DNA of 64,000 bases from a virus. Taxonomy: Duplodnaviria > Caudoviricetes. A program made the translations under genes and the position numbers. Each line of letters begins with the position of its first letter. The first letter of the stretch is position 1. This document shows positions 50,906 through 60,667 of this stretch, in pieces. A model generated the notes under the pieces. It saw only the letters and a program-made list of their open reading frames with translations, searched no databases and was not told where the DNA came from. The DNA lies in IMG/VR virus record IMGVR_UViG_3300029288_000057, positions 160,001-224,000 of that record, one strand, 5' to 3'.

Positions 50906-51667
50906 TTATTTTTCTTCTTTTTCTTTATATAACTCATATCTATTTACGATTTCAATCAAAAATTTATTTCTGACAATATCTTGTGACGTAAATTCAAACG
51001 AGTTAACTTCTTCAACCCCATTTACCATTTCAATAAAATCTAAAAATTTTGAATCTTTCTTTTTTATATCATATTGACTTATATCTCCCATCAGAACAGC
51101 CTTTGAGTCTTTCCCCAATCTTGTTATCCATAATACCAATTGTTTCATTGTGGCGTTTTGTGCTTCATCTAATAAAATTATAGAATTATCATAAGTAACT
51201 CCCCTCATATAAGCAAGTGGCTCAACACATATATATCCTGAAGCTTTTAAAAAGTCTGCACTTTGCCTGCCAATAATTTTTTCAAAATTAGACATATAAC
51301 TTCTCATAAAAGGAGCGGTTTTTTCATCTATGTCACCAGGCAAAAAGCCTAAATTTTCACCACTTTCCTGGATTGGTTTTGTAATTACGATTTTTTCAAT
51401 TTTTTTATCTGCCAATAAATAAAGTGCTGCATAACACGCTGTGAATGTTTTTGAAGTGCCTGCTGGACCTTGAACTAGTGTGAAAATGTTATTTCTAATT
51501 GCTTTATAGAAGTCTTGTTGTTTGGGGGTTAGTTGTATTCCTGATTTTTCGATTTCACTTCTACTTATAGAGTGTTTTGTTTTTGGCTTTCCGTTATAAC
51601 TGTTTACTTCACCTTTTAATTCGTCTTTTGTTTGGCTTCTATCGTTTTGTCCTCTTCTTTGTTTCAT
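50906..51667 (-). CDS. phoH: PhoH family ATPase
   Basis: GPAGTSKT, LGFLPGD, LAYMRGVT, LDEAQN, GDISQ, DIVRN. Confidence 0.95.
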   Translation of the reverse strand: MKQRRGQNDRSQTKDELKGEVNSYNGKPKTKHSISRSEIEKSGIQLTPKQQDFYKAIRNNIFTLVQGPAGTSKTFTACYAALYLLADKKIEKIVITKPIQESGENLGFLPGDIDEKTAPFMRSYMSNFEKIIGRQSADFLKASGYICVEPLAYMRGVTYDNSIILLDEAQNATMKQLVLWITRLGKDSKAVLMGDISQYDIKKKDSKFLDFIEMVNGVEEVNSFEFTSQDIVRNKFLIEIVNRYELYKEKEEK

Positions 51668-51742
51668 CCTTTTGTTTTACTTGGTTTACAACAATAAATA
51701 TATGAAGAAAAAGAATTAAAATCAAAAAAAGAAAAATTAAAA

Positions 51743-51758
51743 TATTTATATATAAATA
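51743..51758. promoter_or_regulatory. Palindromic pair of late motifs TATTTATATATAAATA
   Basis: Between divergent phoH and ORF 51764. Confidence 0.55.
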
Positions 51759-51763
51759 AAACC

Positions 51764-52819
51764 ATGGAAAAAACAATAAACCAAGATGAAGTAAATGCTT
51801 TACTCGCAGCTGAGATAAGAAAAGTGGGATTGAATGATGCTATAAAATTAGACAAGGTGAAAGAAAAAGTCATGCAAAAAATAAAAGAAATGAATCAAAG
51901 CATGAATGAAATGGAGAATCCAGCAGTCGCACAAGGGCCATCCACCTTTCCAAACCCAGAAGAAGATGAGGAAAGATTTAAAGTTGCTCCAGATATTAAT
52001 CAGCCGAATATTGAGGCTCCTAAGATTGGCATGGAAGCAGGTACACAACCATTGGGCGTTCCATCTGAACCAAAAATTGCAATAATTCCAGAGGTACCAG
52101 ACTTTTTAAAAGATGTAGAGCCTGGAAAGATTTTTGTATATGATTTTAACGAACTTAGTGTGGGGGGTGAAAATCTTTCAAACAAACCATTTAAAACAAT
52201 GGAAAATCCAGATGTTTGTAAATCAATGCAACAAATGTGGTCTGAGAACGGAGTAACAAAGGTGGAGGTATACCAAACAAAGTTCGAAAAAATAGGAGAT
52301 ATTATTTTTGATTACAAAAGCGGACAGTCTCAATTTATTCAAAGAGGTGCCGAACCTGATTTTGATGTGCAACAACAATATAAACAAAATCCATATGCAG
52401 CTGACCCCACAAAAGAAATAGAAAGCTATTTAAAAAACACCGTTGACGTTGACCAAAAGGTAAATGATGTCATAACAAACATTGTGAAAAACTATTTTCT
52501 TACGAATTCTGAAAGGGCGGTAAATGATAATCAGACGATAGGAATTGATGTAAATGACTTAAAAAATACAAATCCAGTTCCACCGCAACAAATGGGAATA
52601 AATAGAGCCATTCAAGAAGAAAAAGTTACAATGAAGGATTTAATTGAAGCGTTTCAAAAGATTGACACTCCAGCGGAATTGTTAGAAACAATCGAGGGAA
52701 AAAAAAACAGCGCCAAATTGGTCTACGAAGACAGAGAGATAAAAAAGTGGATTTTAAATGATAAGGAATATTATTTCCCATCCGACCCAATGTCTACAAG
52801 AAAATGTTATGTTAAATAA
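51764..52819 (+). CDS. Hypothetical (putative head-associated) protein
   Basis: 351 aa with late motif upstream. Confidence 0.6.
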   Translation: MEKTINQDEVNALLAAEIRKVGLNDAIKLDKVKEKVMQKIKEMNQSMNEMENPAVAQGPSTFPNPEEDEERFKVAPDINQPNIEAPKIGMEAGTQPLGVPSEPKIAIIPEVPDFLKDVEPGKIFVYDFNELSVGGENLSNKPFKTMENPDVCKSMQQMWSENGVTKVEVYQTKFEKIGDIIFDYKSGQSQFIQRGAEPDFDVQQQYKQNPYAADPTKEIESYLKNTVDVDQKVNDVITNIVKNYFLTNSERAVNDNQTIGIDVNDLKNTNPVPPQQMGINRAIQEEKVTMKDLIEAFQKIDTPAELLETIEGKKNSAKLVYEDREIKKWILNDKEYYFPSDPMSTRKCYVK

Positions 52820-52871
52820 ATTTATCTATTTACTTTAGCATTACATATAATTAAATTTAAATAAAAAAATC

Positions 52872-53144
52872 ATGGAAAAACTTTGGAAAATAAAAAACCT
52901 GACAAAGGGACCAGTAAAACTTACTGTTTGCGTTAAATCTGATATGGCACCAGGCCTTATATTACAACCCAATCAATTTTGTTTGGGCAAGCAACAAATG
53001 ACAGCGCCTCTCGACAAACAATCAAAAACAAAAATGGTATCAATTGAAGATTTTGATAACACTTATTCTTTAGACTTAGCGAAAGCTTATGATGAATCTG
53101 TTTTGGACAGGGCAAAAGAAAAAACCGAAAATTACGCAAAATAA
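52872..53144 (+). CDS. Hypothetical protein
   Basis: 90 aa; TTTACT-N17-TAAATT at 52829-52857 upstream. Confidence 0.6.
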   Translation: MEKLWKIKNLTKGPVKLTVCVKSDMAPGLILQPNQFCLGKQQMTAPLDKQSKTKMVSIEDFDNTYSLDLAKAYDESVLDRAKEKTENYAK

Positions 53145-53172
53145 TTAAAAACTATTTATTTTACTTTTTTCG

Positions 53173-53211
53173 AATCCTATATTTAATTTATATTAAGTAT
53201 AGGATTTTTTT
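53173..53211 (+). terminator. Intrinsic terminator
   Basis: AATCCTATATTTAAT-TTAT-ATTAAGTATAGGATT followed by a T-run. Confidence 0.65.
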
Positions 53212-53284
53212 GTTGAGGAGAAGGATGACTTGGGGGTGGGGTAATGGAACAAAATTTTATCATATTTATAATAAAATATAATTT

Positions 53285-54058
53285 ATGAGAAGAACACAAA
53301 AACAACTTAAAGAAGAAGAAATTCTTTTCCAAATAATTCAAGAAAATAATCAATGGATAGGTTGTCGAATTTGCCCAGAATGTAATAATAAAATAAAGCA
53401 CTCTGCATTTAATAAAAATGTTTTAATGCGAACAATAAGGAATTCTTTAAAAATTCATTGTGCCTCTTGTAATAAAAAAGGTGAAAACAACCATTTTTTT
53501 GGAAAAAATCACTCTAAAGAAACAAAAAAAATACAATCAGAAAATAGAATTGGCAAGGGATGCGGCGAAAACAATGCAATGAGTAATATTAAAAACAGAG
53601 AAGCTCTTTCTAAAACAATAAAAGCAAAGTATGATAGCGGCGAATTTGATTTTTTGAGAAAAATACAAAGTGAAACTGCGAAGAAAAATCAAGCGTCAGG
53701 ATTGTTAAAATATGCACCGATTTCAGAACCAGAAAAGGAAATAAAAAAAAGCTTACAAGAAATAGGATTTTCCGTTGAATCTCAGTTTCCAATAAAAAGT
53801 TTACATTATGATTTGTTTATAAAGGAAAAAAATTTATTAATTGAATATAATGGCGATTTCTGGCATTGTAATCCAAAAAAATATCCCGCAGATTATTTAA
53901 ACAAAAAAAAGAACATGACAGCCGAAGAATTGTGGGAACAAGATGAAAAAAAGAAAAATATAGCAATAGAAAATAATTATAAATTTATTGTTATTTGGGA
54001 AAGCGATTATAAAAAAAATAAAGAAATAGAAATAAATAAAATTTTAAATATAAAATAA
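53285..54058 (+). mobile_element. NUMOD3 + Vsr/DUF559-like (PD-(D/E)XK) homing endonuclease
   Basis: CPEC, GENNHFFGKNHSKET, SEPE, YDLFI..LIEYNGDFWH..IVIWE; own TATTTATA 53263-53270. Confidence 0.8.
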
Positions 54059-55432
54059 ATGGAAAAAAACAAAATTAAATTATTATTACAACCCTCAGAC
54101 AATCAAGGAGTTGGACATTTTCGTTCTATTTGGCCAGCACAATCAATACAAGAAAACTTTGGGAATGAAATCGAAGTTGAAATTGGTATTGATATCGATT
54201 ACAATGATATAAATTATTTGTCGCAATTTGACATAATCCACTTTCATAGGCAAATGGGAGATTATGCTAAATTTGAAGCATTGTCAAAACAACTAAGAGA
54301 AAAGGGTACAGTTCTTATAATGGACTTAGATGACTATTGGGAGCCAGCCACAACACATCCTCTTTATGAAATAGTAAAAAAGGATAAACTTTCTGAAAAG
54401 ATACTAAACAATTTAAAAAATGTAGATTGTGTTACAACAACAACAGATGTTTTTAAAAAATATCTTTTAAAAATTAATCCATATGTTCATGTCATTCCAA
54501 ACGCTTTAGATATGAATCATAAAATGTGGACATCGGAAGTTCAAGAAAACAAATCGGGAAAATGCCGAATTGCTTGGATTGGTGGGTCTAGTCATCTTCA
54601 TGATTTACTTTTATTGCAAGACTCAATGTTAAAGCTTAACTCATCTCAAGAGCTGACAGATAAATATCAAATTATTATGTGCGGATTTGACATTAGAGGT
54701 ACTATAACTGAAATTAGACCAGATGGGTCAACAAATATGAGAGTCATTCAACCCAATGAAAGCGTATGGAATAAATTTGAACAAATTTTTACAAGTGATT
54801 ATTCTTTGATTAAAAACAAAAAATATGTTGAGTATCTTAAGGCGATAAAAAAAGATGATTTTCCAGGGTTTGAGTTGGAAAATTATGTAAGAAGATGGAC
54901 TTTGCCGCTAACTCAATATGGAAAACACTACGACTATTGTGATGTTTGTTTGTCACCGCTAGATGAAGTAGAAATGGTTAAAGACAGCAAGGGAACAATT
55001 TCAAGAAGAGTTCACATGTTTAATGAAGTCAAATCGGAATTAAAAATCATTGAGGCTGGTATGAAGAAAAAGGCGCTTATTGCTCAGGATTTTGGTATTT
55101 ATAAACACTTGCTAAAGGATGGAAAAACTGGAATCTTGGTTTCCGATAATAAAAAAGGTTGGTACAAGGCAATGAGAGAGTTGATTTTAAATCCAGATTT
55201 AAGAGAAACTTTGGCCAACAATCTTCACGAATTCGTAAAAGACAAATATGAGCTTAAAAACGTAACAGAAGAACGTGTGCAATTCTATAAAAAAATTATA
55301 CAAGAAAAACAAAGCGGCGAATTAAATGTATTTTCACAAAAAAGAGTTGAAATGCATGCGCCAAAATCAAACCCTTTTAATTTAGAAGGCATCATACAAA
55401 GGCCTCCAGTATTATTAAAAAATCGTCCATAA
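54059..55432 (+). CDS. GT-B glycosyltransferase
   Basis: GVGHFR..P, MDLDDYW, VIPNA, IAWIGGSSH..DL, FNEVKSELKIIEAG. Confidence 0.85.
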   Translation: MEKNKIKLLLQPSDNQGVGHFRSIWPAQSIQENFGNEIEVEIGIDIDYNDINYLSQFDIIHFHRQMGDYAKFEALSKQLREKGTVLIMDLDDYWEPATTHPLYEIVKKDKLSEKILNNLKNVDCVTTTTDVFKKYLLKINPYVHVIPNALDMNHKMWTSEVQENKSGKCRIAWIGGSSHLHDLLLLQDSMLKLNSSQELTDKYQIIMCGFDIRGTITEIRPDGSTNMRVIQPNESVWNKFEQIFTSDYSLIKNKKYVEYLKAIKKDDFPGFELENYVRRWTLPLTQYGKHYDYCDVCLSPLDEVEMVKDSKGTISRRVHMFNEVKSELKIIEAGMKKKALIAQDFGIYKHLLKDGKTGILVSDNKKGWYKAMRELILNPDLRETLANNLHEFVKDKYELKNVTEERVQFYKKIIQEKQSGELNVFSQKRVEMHAPKSNPFNLEGIIQRPPVLLKNRP

Positions 55433-55474
55433 TTAAACATTTTTTAATTTTTCTCGTATAACAAAGAAAAAATT

Positions 55475-56254
55475 ATGTTTGGAGCTATAGTTGGAGATGT
55501 AATAGGTTCATATTATGAATTCTATAATTGTAAGAGTGAAAAATTCGATTTGTTTTGTGAAAAAACAAGATTCACGGACGATACTGTTTTGACCATTGCG
55601 GTGGCCGATGCTTACATGAATAAAAAAGATTATGCTATTACCTATAAGGAATATGCCAGAAAACACAAATTAGCTGGCTTTGGAGGAAGTTTTGTTAATT
55701 GGGTGGATGGAGATAGTATGTTACCATATAATAGTTGGGGAAATGGCTCCGCAATGCGTGTAAGCTCAATCGGGTGGTTGTGTAATACTCTTGAAGATGT
55801 TTTAAAAGAAGCTGAAAAGACAGCTGCAGTCACCCACAATCATTCTGAAGGTATAAAAGGAGCCCAAGCAATCGCAGGCTCAGTTTTTTTGGCAAGGATG
55901 GGAAAAACAAAAGAAGAAATAAAAGAATTTGTCATAAGCACATTTGAATACAATCTAAATAGAACATTAAGTGAAATAAGGCCAACATACAAATTTGATG
56001 TATCTTGTCAAGGGTCTGTTCCAGAAGCCATCATAGCTTTTTTAGAATCAAATGACTTTGAAGATTGTATAAGAAAGGCTATTTCTATCGGAGGAGATAG
56101 TGATACAATTGCAGCCATGGCTGGAGGAATTGCAGAAGCATACTACAAAGGAGTGCCTGAAGAAATTGGAGTAAAAGTGTTTGAAATAATAACTAAAGAC
56201 ACAGAATTCGAGCCAATTCTCATACAATTCTACGAAGCAATTAATAAAATATAA
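55475..56254 (+). CDS. ADP-ribosylglycohydrolase (ARH/DraG family)
   Basis: GAIVGDVIGS.YE, FTDDT, SWGNGSAMR, THNH, GGDSDTIAAMAG. Confidence 0.93.
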   Translation: MFGAIVGDVIGSYYEFYNCKSEKFDLFCEKTRFTDDTVLTIAVADAYMNKKDYAITYKEYARKHKLAGFGGSFVNWVDGDSMLPYNSWGNGSAMRVSSIGWLCNTLEDVLKEAEKTAAVTHNHSEGIKGAQAIAGSVFLARMGKTKEEIKEFVISTFEYNLNRTLSEIRPTYKFDVSCQGSVPEAIIAFLESNDFEDCIRKAISIGGDSDTIAAMAGGIAEAYYKGVPEEIGVKVFEIITKDTEFEPILIQFYEAINKI

Positions 56255-56255
56255 C

Positions 56256-56288
56256 AAAAAAGCCCCAAATTCTGGGGCTTTTCTTTTT
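56256..56288. terminator. Bidirectional intrinsic terminator
   Basis: AAAAAAGCCCC-AAATTCT-GGGGCTTTTC between convergent genes. Confidence 0.85.
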
Positions 56289-58603
56289 TAGATAGTTATC
56301 TTTTCCATTTTATCATCAAGTTCAAATTTGATGTCCTGTCCGTCAATATTAAGAGTCATTTCTTTTTCATCCCTGCTGCTAAATTCTTTAAACCATGACT
56401 TGCCAACTACACATAAAAACTTGCTCTTCGAAATTTCATTCATTAGTTGATTCTTCCTTTTTCTGAAAAGCTTTGATTTTTTATCAATCCAAGACTCGAT
56501 GAGTTTGTCATCCTCGATATCTTTCATGGATTTCATAAAATTTTCAAATTCTTCAATTGCAGGAAGCAATAATGATTCTCTTGCAGATAAGCTTTCACCT
56601 TTTTTGTATTTTTCTAGAACTTTCTGGAAATCTTTTTCTGCGGTCATTAAAGTAAGTCCACCGATTTTAATTTTAAGTGAATTTACAAAAATTTCTTCTC
56701 CAGTTTTTTCCAAAGTACTGGGAGGGTTGAATCCATTGGCGGTAATTCCTAGTTCTTTTAACCAATTTGTTTCTTCTTCTCCATACAGGTTAATAAAATC
56801 AAAACTTACTTTTCCTAGTTTTGCTTTTTTGTAATGGTTGAATACTGAATTGTTTGCTTTTAATTTAAGAAGTTCATATTCGTTTTCAAACAATTCTTTC
56901 GCAGACATTGTATTAACCATTAATCGATTAATAACTGGAAGAGATGAAAAATCAAGAACATAAATCTTTTCAGACTCATATTTTTCCCCTTTTAAAAGTC
57001 CATTTTTTTGAAGTTTATCAAAGGTAGACTCTGTTAAACTAATTGGAAGTTGATAGGTGTGAATTACACCATCTTTAATTAATGTATAATTCCTAAACTT
57101 AGATGTTTTAAAGATTTTAGGAAGCTTAGAAAAACTATTCTCAGGCAATTCCACTTGTCCTGGATATCTTACCTGAACAGAAAGATTGGCTCTTTTTTCA
57201 TTCCAAACCAAATCGGTAATAGGGTAGCCCATATTTTCATCCTCGTATTCAAAAGTCAAGCCTTCTTTTTTAGAAACCTCTTCAGCTTTTTCTTTTAACT
57301 CATTTACCTTTCCTTCTTTTAATAGTTTTTCTAATTCTTCTTTGTCCTTATCTGTCATTGCTGATTTTAAAACAGCTTTTGCTCCAATTCTTTTATATTT
57401 AAATGCTTCGTGATTGGGGAACCATAGGTTGTTTTCTTCTTCCATTAAATCCTCAATCATATCAAGTACACAATACGCATCTTCTGCAGGTTCCAAATCA
57501 GGATTATATCCCTCAACAAATCTTGCGTTTTTATCTTTAACTGCTTGTAAAAACTCAGCTTCCAATTCGTTTATTTTTTGAGTGCCAAAAGTATTCGCTT
57601 TTTTTACAATAAATTTGGCGTCACCAATAAATTTTAAAACCTCAGAAACTTTATTGTAGTCGCTAATTCTACTAAAACTAAATAATGCAGCATAAAGGGC
57701 GGTAGAAAATTTATCCTTTTCTTCGTCTTTGCCATGCAACCTCTCTTTGACATTAGTTGCCTCGCTCAACATATTCATTTTAACTTCAGTTCCAACGGGA
57801 TATTTTGAAAAATAATAAAATCCCTCATCGTCTTCATTAACGAAAACTTCATTTTTGTCATTTGTTGAATAATTGATAACTTCCCCATCAGCAGTGATGT
57901 TAAACACACTCCCAAAACTTAAACCACCTTCCAGTTTAACATATTTTCTTTTCGAAGTCTTTTGACTATTGAATTCTTTTTGAATGTAAGGTTCGTAGTC
58001 CTGAAAGTGTTCACTGAAAATGTGAACTCCACCCATTTCACAAGCTATTTTGGCCAACAATTCCTTATTACAATACCAACCGTATTCAACCACTGTGGAA
58101 CTTGATAATTGTTCTTTAATTGCATTAACAGCACCTAAAATTTCTTTGGTGGAATATTGGTTGTCGTATCCGTCAGTAATAAAAAACAAAGAGTTAATAA
58201 TTCCTGGTTTTTCTTTTATAACCCTAGCAATAACTGCATTCGCCTCAACAAATGGGTCCTTAAAAGCGGTTAATCCAACCGTAGTTAGATATCTGTCAAT
58301 TAACTCCTTAACCTTAATTAAACTGATGTTGCTTTTTAAATGATAATCTTCTAAAATAACACCACACTGTCCTCTTCCAGAGAACCAGATAATTGTTAAT
58401 GAATCTTCAGGTTTTAAATCAGTTGAGATTTTATTATATAAATCCTTTCTGATTTTTGGTAATTCGTCATACATTGACCCAGAACAGTCGACTATAAAAA
58501 CATGGTGTGTGTTAACCACAACTGTTTTTACTTGTACTGTGTCTTTTTTGATTTTTTGGTTAATCAAAAAAAGTTCGTCTTTAATCTTGATAAATTTTAT
58601 CAT
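56288..58603 (-). CDS. vWA (MIDAS) domain protein
   Basis: FIVDCSGSM (DxSxS), GLTAF, FFITDG; start reassigned to ATG 58603, TATATTTG at 58638-58645 upstream. Confidence 0.85.
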   Translation of the reverse strand: MIKFIKIKDELFLINQKIKKDTVQVKTVVVNTHHVFIVDCSGSMYDELPKIRKDLYNKISTDLKPEDSLTIIWFSGRGQCGVILEDYHLKSNISLIKVKELIDRYLTTVGLTAFKDPFVEANAVIARVIKEKPGIINSLFFITDGYDNQYSTKEILGAVNAIKEQLSSSTVVEYGWYCNKELLAKIACEMGGVHIFSEHFQDYEPYIQKEFNSQKTSKRKYVKLEGGLSFGSVFNITADGEVINYSTNDKNEVFVNEDDEGFYYFSKYPVGTEVKMNMLSEATNVKERLHGKDEEKDKFSTALYAALFSFSRISDYNKVSEVLKFIGDAKFIVKKANTFGTQKINELEAEFLQAVKDKNARFVEGYNPDLEPAEDAYCVLDMIEDLMEEENNLWFPNHEAFKYKRIGAKAVLKSAMTDKDKEELEKLLKEGKVNELKEKAEEVSKKEGLTFEYEDENMGYPITDLVWNEKRANLSVQVRYPGQVELPENSFSKLPKIFKTSKFRNYTLIKDGVIHTYQLPISLTESTFDKLQKNGLLKGEKYESEKIYVLDFSSLPVINRLMVNTMSAKELFENEYELLKLKANNSVFNHYKKAKLGKVSFDFINLYGEEETNWLKELGITANGFNPPSTLEKTGEEIFVNSLKIKIGGLTLMTAEKDFQKVLEKYKKGESLSARESLLLPAIEEFENFMKSMKDIEDDKLIESWIDKKSKLFRKRKNQLMNEISKSKFLCVVGKSWFKEFSSRDEKEMTLNIDGQDIKFELDDKMEKITI

Positions 58604-58700
58604 TTTTATTAGTTTTAATGAAACATGTTTTAAAAGGCAAATATAGGAAGAATTTTTCAAAAGTCATAATTTTTGTATATTTATATTAAACTTTAATAAA

Positions 58701-59513
58701 ATGAAAGATATTACTTTAAATTTTGGTGCTATAAGAGACACTATCACAAGACTTTCTTCAATGGAAATATTAAAAGAAAGTACAGATAATACGCTAAAAG
58801 TCTTTACTGATATGGTAAAAAAGAGCCCAACCTTATTAAAACAACATTATGTTTTTAAGAATTTTGAGGATGCCAAGCCATTTGCGAAGGAAAGGTTGGC
58901 AGAAAGGTTTATAAACCAAAATTTAAGTATATTGAGGGGAATAAAATGGCAAGATATTATTAATGAAAATAAAAACATAAGAATTTCTTTGTTGGAAAAC
59001 AGCCATGTTGAGTCAAATACTGGAAAAAACGATAAATTATTCAACAACATCCATACACTAATAGAATCCGCTACAAACCCAAATTTTACAAAAACACAAG
59101 TAGAACAGGAGGCTTACGAGTTTCTTTTGGAATATCTAACCAGAGAAGTGCCTGCTGCGGAGGCATCAAAAGAAAAAATTGACAATCCTGAATTAAAAAA
59201 TTGGCAGTATATTACAAAGCTTGCAGTAAATAACTTTAACGAAAGATATTCTCATTTAAATGAAGAGGAAAAAAGAGTTTTGAGCATGCTCCTGGCCGAT
59301 GACAATAAAAAAATGAATCATATTCAAGACTTAAGAAAAGAAAATTTAGATTTGATTAAAGATTTATTAAAAGAAGCAAAGGAACAAGAAAGAATAAGTA
59401 TATTAGAGGCATTTAAGGCTAAGTTAAATAAAGAATATGTCTTTGATTCTTATAGCGCTGATGATTTTATTATCTCGTATTCTGAGCTTAATGATAATTT
59501 AAAAAACATGTAA
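58701..59513 (+). CDS. Hypothetical late protein
   Basis: 270 aa; TATTTATA 58678-58685. Confidence 0.6.
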   Translation: MKDITLNFGAIRDTITRLSSMEILKESTDNTLKVFTDMVKKSPTLLKQHYVFKNFEDAKPFAKERLAERFINQNLSILRGIKWQDIINENKNIRISLLENSHVESNTGKNDKLFNNIHTLIESATNPNFTKTQVEQEAYEFLLEYLTREVPAAEASKEKIDNPELKNWQYITKLAVNNFNERYSHLNEEEKRVLSMLLADDNKKMNHIQDLRKENLDLIKDLLKEAKEQERISILEAFKAKLNKEYVFDSYSADDFIISYSELNDNLKNM

Positions 59514-59517
59514 AAAT

Positions 59518-59542
59518 AAAAGCCGCTAAAAACGGCTTTTTT
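59518..59542. terminator. Bidirectional intrinsic terminator
   Basis: AAAAGCCG-CTAAAAA-CGGCTTTTTT. Confidence 0.75.
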
Positions 59543-59547
59543 ACATT

Positions 59548-59724
59548 TTAATCAACATTAATTTCTTCTATACGAACCATTCCGCAGTTCACAATTTCTT
59601 CTTTTGTTTCCCCGACTAATCCTTCCCAATCGGCACCATCAATGTCTTCTTGTGCCTTTTCTTTTGTGGAATATGCTTCTGCGAATCCCATATCCCATTC
59701 ACATTTAATCTTATATATTATCAT
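59548..59724 (-). CDS. Small protein (58 aa), missing from ORF track
   Basis: MIIYKIKCEWDMGFAEAYSTKEKAQEDIDGADWEGLVGETKEEIVNCGMVRIEEINVD. Confidence 0.65.
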   Translation of the reverse strand: MIIYKIKCEWDMGFAEAYSTKEKAQEDIDGADWEGLVGETKEEIVNCGMVRIEEINVD

Positions 59725-60115
59725 AATTTTATTATTTTTCCTAACAACAATACGTAATATTTTTTTCTGGTTCAGCGCCCCAATCTTCTCTACATTTTCC
59801 TTTATCTCTCAACTCTACTCCCTCACACTCCACAAATATTTGCCTTCTGTTTTTTGAATATCCATTACTAAAACAAATTATTACGTCTTTAGGGTTATAA
59901 ATCGTTCCTTTTATATCTATTCCAAACTTATAAGAAGGTGATTCTTTTATACCATGGCATCCAAGAAACCAATTAAAACTTGTAAATTTCTTTGTCCAAT
60001 ATAGTTTAAGTTCTCTATATTCTTCTGTCTTTTCACCACACGCAATCATGTCAAACCATTTTGATTTAACATTCAAGTGCAGAATTTGTTTTGGCTTTTG
60101 AATTTCTTCTGACAT
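59721..60115 (-). CDS. ASCH/PUA-like protein with a frameshift near the 3' end
   Basis: LHLNVKSKWFDMIACGEKTEEYRE, FSNGY, WGAEP; -1 frame at A7 run gives KYYVLLLGKIIKL-stop. Confidence 0.7.
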
Positions 60116-60587
60116 AAAAATTATCCTCTGTTTTTTTTAAATTGTCTCCGACAAAGTTAGAGATTTTTACACACTCTTCAAACAATTCTGTGTTTTTTTT
60201 TGCATTTAATGGATATTTTTTTTCTGATTTAATATTCAGCGTGTGTAAATATATTTCTAAAGAAATAAAATTTGATTTATTGTTGTAGTTAAAGTTTTCT
60301 GGTATATTGTAAATATATATGTTTTCTTCATCAAAAGGGAAAAAATAGTTTTCATGTAAAAACCCCTTTACTTTTCCGTGCAGGAGAGATTTTAAATTAT
60401 CTTCAAGAAGTTTCCTTTCGTTATTTAGTTGATTTATGGTGGTTTTCGGTTTAATCCAAAAACTAGCATTAATATAAATGGTTTGAGGGAAATCCCTATT
60501 TTCTACGGTTCCTATTTTTACGTTAATGTTTTTATTAGTTAAAACGTTATTGTTTACTGTTATTTCCCTTGCCGTCCTTTTATTCAT
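60066..60587 (-). CDS. Hypothetical protein
   Basis: 173 aa; TTTG-N20-TATATTTT at 60604-60635 upstream. Confidence 0.6.
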   Translation of the reverse strand: MNKRTAREITVNNNVLTNKNINVKIGTVENRDFPQTIYINASFWIKPKTTINQLNNERKLLEDNLKSLLHGKVKGFLHENYFFPFDEENIYIYNIPENFNYNNKSNFISLEIYLHTLNIKSEKKYPLNAKKNTELFEECVKISNFVGDNLKKTEDNFYVRRNSKAKTNSALEC

Positions 60588-60667
60588 TTCTTCTCATTTT
60601 GTCAAAATATAATAAAAAAAAACACAATTATCAAATTTTGCAATATTTATATAAAAATACATTCTTT

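Noticed and set aside
53145-53284. tRNA or structured ncRNA in the largest intergenic gap
   Set aside because: No cloverleaf or T-loop; explained by a terminator and a promoter
11011-54058. Group I introns or inteins around the endonucleases
   Set aside because: Flanking genes are complete and intergenic gaps are too short for a ribozyme core; no intein splice motifs noticed
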